The notes under the pieces were generated by a model. That model saw only the letters and a list, made by a program, of their open reading frames with translations, did not search any database and was not told where the DNA came from. Positions 58,057-64,000 of a stretch of 64,000 nucleotides of DNA are shown here, piece after piece (within the stretch, counting starts at the first letter, position 1; each line of letters opens with the position of its first letter). The stretch is taken from contig CAWBTF010000014.1 in NCBI GenBank assembly GCA_963791595.1, positions 455,417-519,416 on the forward strand. The letters are read 5' to 3'. This stretch comes from an uncultured beta proteobacterium. Its GTDB lineage: Bacteria; Pseudomonadota; Gammaproteobacteria; Burkholderiales; Burkholderiaceae_C. The position numbers and the translations under genes were made by a program.

Positions 58057-59562
58057 ATGGAAGGCCTGAGCCACCTCGGCACGGCGCTGGTCGCGCTCTG
58101 CGGCCCCTGGCAGATCGCCTACGCGCTCGGTGCCACGCTCGCCGGCATCATCATCGGCCTGTTGCCGGGGTTGTCGGCGACGCTCGGCGTCGCGCTCTTC
58201 ACCACGCTGACGATCAAGATGGCGCCGAACGACGCGATCCTGGTGCTGGTGTGCGTCTATGTCGGCGCAATCTACGGCGGCAGCCGAACCGCGATCCTGC
58301 TCAACATTCCCGGCACCGCGGCGAACGCCGCCGCGTGCCTGGACGGCAACATGCTCGCGCGCCAGGGCAACGCGGGGCGCGCGATGGGCATCGCGACCAC
58401 CGGCTCGGTCGCGGGTTCGCTGTTCGGTGTAGTGTGTCTGGCGATGTTCACGCCGCTGCTCGCCGAGACCGCGCTGAAGTTCGGCGCGTTCGAATTCTTC
58501 TGGCTCGGCATGGCGGGCGTGATGATGTCGGGCAGCCTCACCGGGACGAACCCGCTGAAGGGCTGGCTGATGGGGCTGCTGGGCCTGTTCGTCGCGACGA
58601 TCGGACTAGACCCGATCCACGCGCATGCGCGCTTCACGTTCGAGCAGAACGCGCTGTCGGGCGGCATCGGCCTGATCCCCGCGCTCGTCGGCGCGTTCGG
58701 CTTCGCCGAAATCCTTACCGTGATGGGCGAGCCGAAATTCAAGGCGATGATCACGTCGTTCGATTCGGTGTTGCCGAAGATCGCCGATCTGCTGCGCTAC
58801 TGGCGCACCATCATCCGCTCGGGCGTGATCGGCGTGTTCATCGGCATCCTGCCGGGTGTGGGCGAAGACATGGCGGCATGGTCGTCGTACGCCGCGGCCA
58901 AACGCGTCAGCCGCGAGCGCGAGCTGTTCGGCAAGGGTTCGATCGACGGCCTGATCGCCGCCGAAACGGGCGACAACGCGGCGATTCCCGGCGCGCTGAT
59001 CCCGGCGCTCGCGCTCGCGATCCCCGGCTCGGCGCCGGCCGCGGTGCTGATGGCGGCGATGATCATCCACGGCGCGCAGCCCGGGCCGATGCTGATGGTG
59101 AACCAGCCGCAGTTCATCTACGACGTGGTCGGCATCACCCTGGTCGCGACACTGGCGATGCTGCTTTTCGGCCTGCTGCTGGTGCGGCCGATCCTGTGGG
59201 TGCTGCGCGTACCGCGCGAGATCATCATGCCGATCGTGTTCGTGCTTTGCGTGCTGGGGTCGTACTCGATCACGCAGCGCCTGTTCGATGTGTGGGTGAT
59301 GCTGGCGGTGGGCATTCTCTGCTTTCTGTTGCGCCGCCAAGGCTTTCCGGTTGCGCCGTTCGTGCTCGGCCTGGTGCTCGGCGACATCGTCGACAAGTCG
59401 CTGCGCCGTGGGCTGGTGCTGTCCGACGGCAGCCTGTGGCCGTTCTTCACGCGTCCGATCAGCGCGGTGCTCGCGCTGCTGGTGCTTGCGATGCTGCTGG
59501 CGCAGATACCCGCCGTGCAGCGGCGCCTGTCTCGGACCGTTCAGGCGGGAGTGGCCCCATGA
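58057..59562 (+). CDS. tctA: TctA-family large permease, intact
   Basis: 501 aa, with the same C-terminal motifs as the fragment at 1-490. Confidence 0.88.
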   Translation: MEGLSHLGTALVALCGPWQIAYALGATLAGIIIGLLPGLSATLGVALFTTLTIKMAPNDAILVLVCVYVGAIYGGSRTAILLNIPGTAANAAACLDGNMLARQGNAGRAMGIATTGSVAGSLFGVVCLAMFTPLLAETALKFGAFEFFWLGMAGVMMSGSLTGTNPLKGWLMGLLGLFVATIGLDPIHAHARFTFEQNALSGGIGLIPALVGAFGFAEILTVMGEPKFKAMITSFDSVLPKIADLLRYWRTIIRSGVIGVFIGILPGVGEDMAAWSSYAAAKRVSRERELFGKGSIDGLIAAETGDNAAIPGALIPALALAIPGSAPAAVLMAAMIIHGAQPGPMLMVNQPQFIYDVVGITLVATLAMLLFGLLLVRPILWVLRVPREIIMPIVFVLCVLGSYSITQRLFDVWVMLAVGILCFLLRRQGFPVAPFVLGLVLGDIVDKSLRRGLVLSDGSLWPFFTRPISAVLALLVLAMLLAQIPAVQRRLSRTVQAGVAP

Positions 59563-60430
59563 TCGACAGGCTTTCGCTCTGCAATGAAGTGCTCGCGCCC
59601 TGGGGCTTCGCCGAGCAATGCGCGTATGCCGCCAAGCTCGGCTATCGCGCGCTCGAAGTCGCGCCGTACACGCTGGCCGACGACCCGACGGCGATCACCG
59701 AGCGCCAAGCACAGCAATGGGCGTCGATTGCAGCCGATCACGGCCTGGCGATCAGCGGCCTGCACTGGCTGCTCGTCGCGCCCAAGGGCTTGTCGATCAG
59801 CAGCCCGGACGCAGCGGTGCGCGCGCGCACGCAATACGCGATCGAGCGCCTGATCGAACTCTGCGCGCAACTCGGCGGCAGTTACCTCGTGCACGGCTCG
59901 CCGGCGCAGCGCAACCCGCAGCCCGGCCAGAGCCACGCCGACGCGCTGGCGCGCGCGACCGACGCCTGGGTCGCGGCCGGGCAAAAGGCCGGCGCGCTTG
60001 GACTCACGTATTGCATCGAGCCGCTGTCGCGCGACCAGACGAGTGTCGTGAACACGGTCGCCGAAGCCGCGGCGATCGTGCAAGCCGCGGCCTTGCCGGG
60101 GCTGCGCACGATGCTCGACACGTGTTCTGCGGGCGCCACCGAAACGCAGCCGCTGTCGGAGCTGATTGATCGCTGGTGGCCGAGCGGGCTGCTCGCGCAT
60201 GTGCAGTTGAACGACCGCAACCGGCGCGGCCCGGGCCAGGGCGACGAGCGCTTCGCGCCCGTCCTCGCCGCGCTCGCGCGCCAGGGCTATGCGGGCTGGC
60301 TGGCGGTCGAGCCGTTCGACTACCAGCCCGACGGGCCGGGCTGCGCGGCGGTGTCGATCGGCTATGTGCGCGGGCTGCTCGAAGCTCAGGCCTGGCTCAG
60401 CCCGCGAACCGCCGATTCGCGCGCGCCAGG
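59559..60430 (+). CDS. sugar phosphate isomerase/epimerase (xylose isomerase-like TIM barrel); 3' end uncertain: the printed frame runs on to 60617 and there is a probable frame break near 60400
   Basis: MIDRLSLCNEVLAPWGFAEQCAYAAKLGYRALEVAPY…AGWLAVEPFDY; ATGA overlap with the tctA stop. Confidence 0.65.
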
Positions 60431-60533
60431 TAGAACCATTCCTTGCCCGGCTCGGCAGAAGGGTTGGGGAAGACGATCCAGCCAGTCGGCCTGCGCGTGC
60501 AGCGCGCTGCCGTCGTGCCGCGTCGCGATGAGC

Positions 60534-61358
60534 TCACCGGCAGCGCACGGCGTCGAAGCTCTGCCAGGGGCGCGCCAATTGGTCATCGGCGTGGTGCCGG
60601 TCGACCACCTCGAATAGGCGGAGCATCTCCACGTCGCGCGCCGGCGGCGGGTCGGGCGCGTCGATCAGGCGCAGGTGCGCCAGGGTGTTCAGGATCGCCC
60701 GGTAGGCGACGTCTTGCGCGCCCGGGTCGTCGTGCTGGCCGCATTCGAGCGTGCAGGCCCAGCCGCCGCGGCGGCGCATGTATTCCGTGGTTCCCACGCC
60801 GTAGTCGGCGTGCAGGTCGGCCACCGCATCGCCTTCGCGCAGGCGCCGCGCGCGGCGCTGCTCCACACCCGCAGCGTAAGTCGAGAGCCAGCCGTCGACG
60901 ATGCGCCGCACGCCCAGCCGCAGCACCAGCGCCTGCTCGCGCGCCGCATGCGCAAACGGTTCCAGCGCATCGCTGTTGTTCTCCGGGCCGACCAGCGCGA
61001 ACGGCTCGCCCGGCGTGCGAAACGAGTGCAGGTCGAGCAGCGCGTCGTGTTGCGCCAGCAGCGGGCATAACCAGTTGGCGACGTGGTCCTCGAATTCGCG
61101 CGGTGTGTCGGTCGGCGCGAGCTTGCGGTTCAGGTTGCGCTCGCCTTCGCGCTGGCGCCGCTCGTAGGCGAGCGGGTTCGTCACCGGAACGAAGGTCACG
61201 GCGCCGGCGACGATGCCGATTCTCCCCGCCTCAATCTCTTGCAACACGCGCCGGATCGCGACGCTGCCGCAGGTCTCGTTGCCGTGCACCGCGCCGGTGA
61301 CGATCAGGCGCGTGCCGGGGGTGGGGGTGGCGAAGTGAATCGATTCGAAGGCGCGCAT
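60534..61358 (-). CDS. succinylglutamate desuccinylase/aspartoacylase (AstE/AspA) family protein
   Basis: zinc-binding HGNE motif VTGAVHGNETCGSVAI. Confidence 0.75.
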   Translation of the reverse strand: MRAFESIHFATPTPGTRLIVTGAVHGNETCGSVAIRRVLQEIEAGRIGIVAGAVTFVPVTNPLAYERRQREGERNLNRKLAPTDTPREFEDHVANWLCPLLAQHDALLDLHSFRTPGEPFALVGPENNSDALEPFAHAAREQALVLRLGVRRIVDGWLSTYAAGVEQRRARRLREGDAVADLHADYGVGTTEYMRRRGGWACTLECGQHDDPGAQDVAYRAILNTLAHLRLIDAPDPPPARDVEMLRLFEVVDRHHADDQLARPWQSFDAVRCR

Positions 61359-61470
61359 GGTGGGCAATGGGGCAACGTGGGCGCCGAGGATAGCGCCTCG
61401 GGTGGGCCGCGCCGTGTTGGCCCGCCCTCGTCGCCAGGGCGCGGCCGGCTGAGCGCTCGCGCTGCCTGAA

Positions 61471-61840
61471 TCAGGTGCCGGCGCGCAGCGCCTGCAACGC
61501 CGCCCGCAGCGGCGTGAGTTCGCGCGGCCGCACGACGCGTGCGACTTCCTTGCCGTCGCGAAGGAACACCAGGGTCGGCCAAAGCTTCACGCCGAACGAG
61601 CGGCCCAGCGGCCGGCCCGGGCCGTCGGCGATCTTCAGGTGCTTCGCCATGCCCTGCGCGCCCAGCTCCTGCTCGCGCAGTGTCTGCTCGACCAGCGGCT
61701 GCGCGGCGCGGCAGTAGCCGCAGGTCGGGCTGCCGAACTCGAGCAGCACCGGGCCACTGCCGGCGTCGATCTCGGCGCGGCTGGGTTCGGTGGCCTGCCA
61801 ATGGGCGCCTGCGCTTGCGCTCTTGTTGGGTGGGGGTGGG
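61471..61840 (-). CDS. thioredoxin-fold protein (CxxC motif PTCGYC); start uncertain (no ATG; TTG or GTG candidates)
   Basis: …GPVLLEFGSPTCGYCRAAQPLVEQ…LWPTLVFLRDGKEVARVV…, the C-terminal part of the long minus-strand ORF. Confidence 0.5.
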
Positions 61841-61847
61841 TTGCGAT

Positions 61848-62870
61848 TCAAGGTTTGATCCTGCTGTTGAACTGGTTCGTGAACACATCGGCCACCGCGA
61901 GCGGCTTGTCTGGCTTCGCGTTCGCGAACGTGATGTCCATGGTTTTTTGCATCAGCTCGGGTTCGATCCAGCCCAGGCCGTTCTTCGCCGAGCGTTCGGT
62001 CACGCACAGGTCGAGGATCTGCGGCATCGTCGCGAGCAGCGTGTCGCGGTCCAGGCCCGGCACCAGCTCGGCCATCGCGTCGATCGACGCCGCCGGGTTC
62101 GCCTTCGCGTCGCGCCAGCCTTTGTGCGTGGCGCGCAGAAAGCGCTCGATCAGTTTCGGGTTCTTGCGAAGCGTCTCGTTGTTGACGAAGTAGGTGTGGC
62201 CGTAGATCGGCAGGCCGAAGTCGGCCCACAGCAGGTGGCCGACGTCGCCCTTGCCGAGCACCTTCTCCCAGATCGCGTAGCTGGTGTACAGGTCGAACGA
62301 GCCGTCGACTTCGTTGGCCGCGACGATCGCCTGCTTGCCTTCGGGCTTCACGTTGACGAGCGTCACGGCGTTCGGGTCGATGCCGTGCAGCGCGGCAAAC
62401 GCCGGCCACAGCACCCGGTGCGAATCGGCAGGCGGCACGGCGATCTTCTTGCCGATCAGGTCTTTGGGCGACTTGATGTTCGCGCTTTTGCGGAAGAACA
62501 GGTTGTTGCCGGCCTTGTCGTAGACCACGGCGACCATCTTCAGGTTCGCGCCCTTGCTGATCGCGGTGAGCACGGTCGGCGCGTCGGAGATGCCGACGTC
62601 GGACTGGCCAAGGTCGACCTTCTTCGCGCTGTCGGCCGAGCCGCTGCCGCGCAGCACCGTCAGATCGAGCCCCTCTTCCTTGTAGTAGCCCTTCTTCAGC
62701 GCGAGGTAGATGGGCGAGTGGTCTGCGAGGTGGAACCAGTTCAGCTGGAGCTGGATCTTGTCTTGCGCGTGGGCCGGCGCCGTGGCCAGCCACAGCAGCG
62801 CGCCCGTGGCCAGGGCCGCGGCAAGGCGGAAACGCCAGGTGGCGGTGACTGGGTCGTGGCTTGAATGCAT
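61848..62870 (-). CDS. ABC transporter substrate-binding protein, NMT1/SsuA/TauA-like (sulfonate/nitrate/taurine family)
   Basis: signal peptide; …LQLNWFHLADHSPIYLALKKGYYKEEGLDL…. Confidence 0.8.
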   Translation of the reverse strand: MHSSHDPVTATWRFRLAAALATGALLWLATAPAHAQDKIQLQLNWFHLADHSPIYLALKKGYYKEEGLDLTVLRGSGSADSAKKVDLGQSDVGISDAPTVLTAISKGANLKMVAVVYDKAGNNLFFRKSANIKSPKDLIGKKIAVPPADSHRVLWPAFAALHGIDPNAVTLVNVKPEGKQAIVAANEVDGSFDLYTSYAIWEKVLGKGDVGHLLWADFGLPIYGHTYFVNNETLRKNPKLIERFLRATHKGWRDAKANPAASIDAMAELVPGLDRDTLLATMPQILDLCVTERSAKNGLGWIEPELMQKTMDITFANAKPDKPLAVADVFTNQFNSRIKP

Positions 62871-62885
62871 GGAAGGTCTCCTCGG

Positions 62886-63620
62886 TCATCCGGTCGGATC
62901 GTCGCGGTGCGCCCAGGGCGCAACGATGTGCTCGACGGCGACGACCAGACCGTAAAGCAACAATCCCATCGCCGAGATCAGCATCAGCGACGCGAAGATC
63001 ATCGGCGTCTGCATCGTAACGCCGCCGGTGATGATGAGCGAGCCCAGCCCCCGTTCCGACGCGACGAACTCGCCGACGATCGCGCCGATCACGCTCATCG
63101 TCGCGTTCAGCTTCAGGCCGACGAAGATGTAGGGCACGGCGTTCGGGAAGCGGATCTTCTTCAGCACCTGCCAGCGGCTCGCCCGCAGCGTGCGCACCAG
63201 GTCGAGCATTTCCGGCTCGGCGCTGGCCAGGCCGACCGCCGTGTTCACCACCATCGGAAAGAAAGCGATCGTCGTGCCGATCACGATGTTCGGCCAGATG
63301 CCGTAGCCGAGCCAGATCACGAACAGCGGCGCGAGCGCAATCTTCGGCAGCGTGTTGAACAGCACCAGCACGGGCATCACGGTGCGCAACATCAAGTCGT
63401 TCCAGACGATGACCACGGCGAGCAGCACACCGAGCACCGCCGACAGAACGAACGCGCCGAGCACCGCATACAGCGTGGCGAGCAGGTTCGCGGTCCACTG
63501 GTAGTTGGCCTCGCCCAAGGTGCGCAGCGCGGCCCATGGCGTGGGCAGGATGTACTCCTTGACGCCGAGCGCCGTCACGCTGAACTGCCACAGCACGAGC
63601 AACGCAAGCATCACCAGCAC
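62886..63620 (-). CDS. ABC transporter permease (SsuC/TauC-like); the true start is probably upstream at a non-ATG codon
   Basis: …TLYAVLGAFVLSAVLGVLLAVV…EAA-like binding-protein-dependent transport signature. Confidence 0.75.
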   Translation of the reverse strand: MLVMLALLVLWQFSVTALGVKEYILPTPWAALRTLGEANYQWTANLLATLYAVLGAFVLSAVLGVLLAVVIVWNDLMLRTVMPVLVLFNTLPKIALAPLFVIWLGYGIWPNIVIGTTIAFFPMVVNTAVGLASAEPEMLDLVRTLRASRWQVLKKIRFPNAVPYIFVGLKLNATMSVIGAIVGEFVASERGLGSLIITGGVTMQTPMIFASLMLISAMGLLLYGLVVAVEHIVAPWAHRDDPTG

Positions 63621-64000
63621 GCTGGGCAGGTAGTAGACAACCGCAGCGCCAAGCCGGGCGCGCAGACCAGCGTCGGCCGGCGAATCGCGCGGCGCCTGCG
63701 CTCATGGCGTGCGCGGCGCGGTGTGCGCCGGTGCCAGCGCCTGCGCGCGCGCGCCACGGGCGACGCTATCGGCTGCAAGGCCTGCCAGTCGGGCAGCGCG
63801 CCGCTCGCGAAGCCGGCGCAGCGCAGCGAGCCGATCGCGAGTTGCCCGTCGCGGATGCGCACCCGCACCGCGCCGTGGCTGAACTCGTACAGGTCCGGGT
63901 GCGCGGCGAGAAACGCCTGCTGCTCGGGCTCGGGCAGGCCGGCCATGCCGTTCACGTAGTGGTGGCCGTTGCGCTCGACGTGGCCGATGCCAAGCAGCGA
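63611..64000 (-). CDS. hypothetical protein, partial (continues beyond the window end); the frame degrades into an Arg-rich tail, so it is probably frameshifted
   Basis: …LLGIGHVERNGHHYVNGMAGLPEPEQQAFLAAHPDLYEFSHGAVRVRIRDGQLAIGSL…. Confidence 0.3.
   Translation of the reverse strand, partial: SLLGIGHVERNGHHYVNGMAGLPEPEQQAFLAAHPDLYEFSHGAVRVRIRDGQLAIGSLRCAGFASGALPDWQALQPIASPVARARRRWHRRTPRRARHERRRRAIRRPTLVCAPGLALRLSTTCPACW

Noticed and set aside
61471-63705. 744-aa minus-strand ORF
   Set aside because: Only its C-terminal ~120 aa (the thioredoxin-fold protein) look real; the rest overlaps the SBP and permease genes out of frame.

Overview
This is a 64-kb window from a high-GC (~68-70% estimated by eye) proteobacterial chromosome, most likely a Burkholderiales-type betaproteobacterium. 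The clues are the many TctC/Bug solute-binding proteins, the REP sequence GTCATCCCGGCGAAAGCCGGGATCC and the codon usage. Most of the window is ordinary metabolism and transport: pntAB transhydrogenase; a BMP-family nucleoside ABC system with an amidohydrolase; mnmA with a NUDIX gene; an orphan aceE; two convergent Liv-type branched-chain amino-acid ABC systems; TctCBA; two Rieske oxygenases; SDRs; a molybdopterin oxidoreductase; a sulfonate-type ABC system. The accessory content is more interesting. (1) A compact array of 9 tRNA genes (Glu, Asp, Phe, Arg, Pro, His, Lys, Leu, Gln) is followed by an HNH endonuclease, degenerate tRNA-like remnants, an SPFH/band-7 protein and an E. coli-like RtcB RNA ligase. 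A promoter, small ORF and terminator unit and a CII/Cro-like regulator lie just upstream. I read this as a mobile-element-derived tRNA supply and repair island. (2) An IS4/IS1634-like insertion sequence is flanked by 274-bp direct duplications with 2 SNPs. It sits between the two Liv operons, inside the 3' end of a heavily disrupted acyl-CoA synthetase gene. (3) A ~360-bp MITE-like repeat with 27-bp terminal inverted repeats and nested internal palindromes occurs three times. (4) REP palindromes occur at two loci. (5) There is a class II Fic gene with an AT-rich upstream region. (6) There is a solitary AlbA_2/HATPase_c_4 ATPase. (7) There is a cluster of cell-wall-hydrolase-like genes (CAP, NlpC/P60 with a PG-binding domain, C92 amidase, beta-lactamase-like). 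Caveat: at least 8 otherwise conserved genes carry 1-5 frameshifts, so homopolymer indel errors in the assembly are as likely as genuine pseudogenes. Several boundary coordinates, the tRNA and repeat coordinates in particular, were derived by hand and may be off by 1-3 nt.
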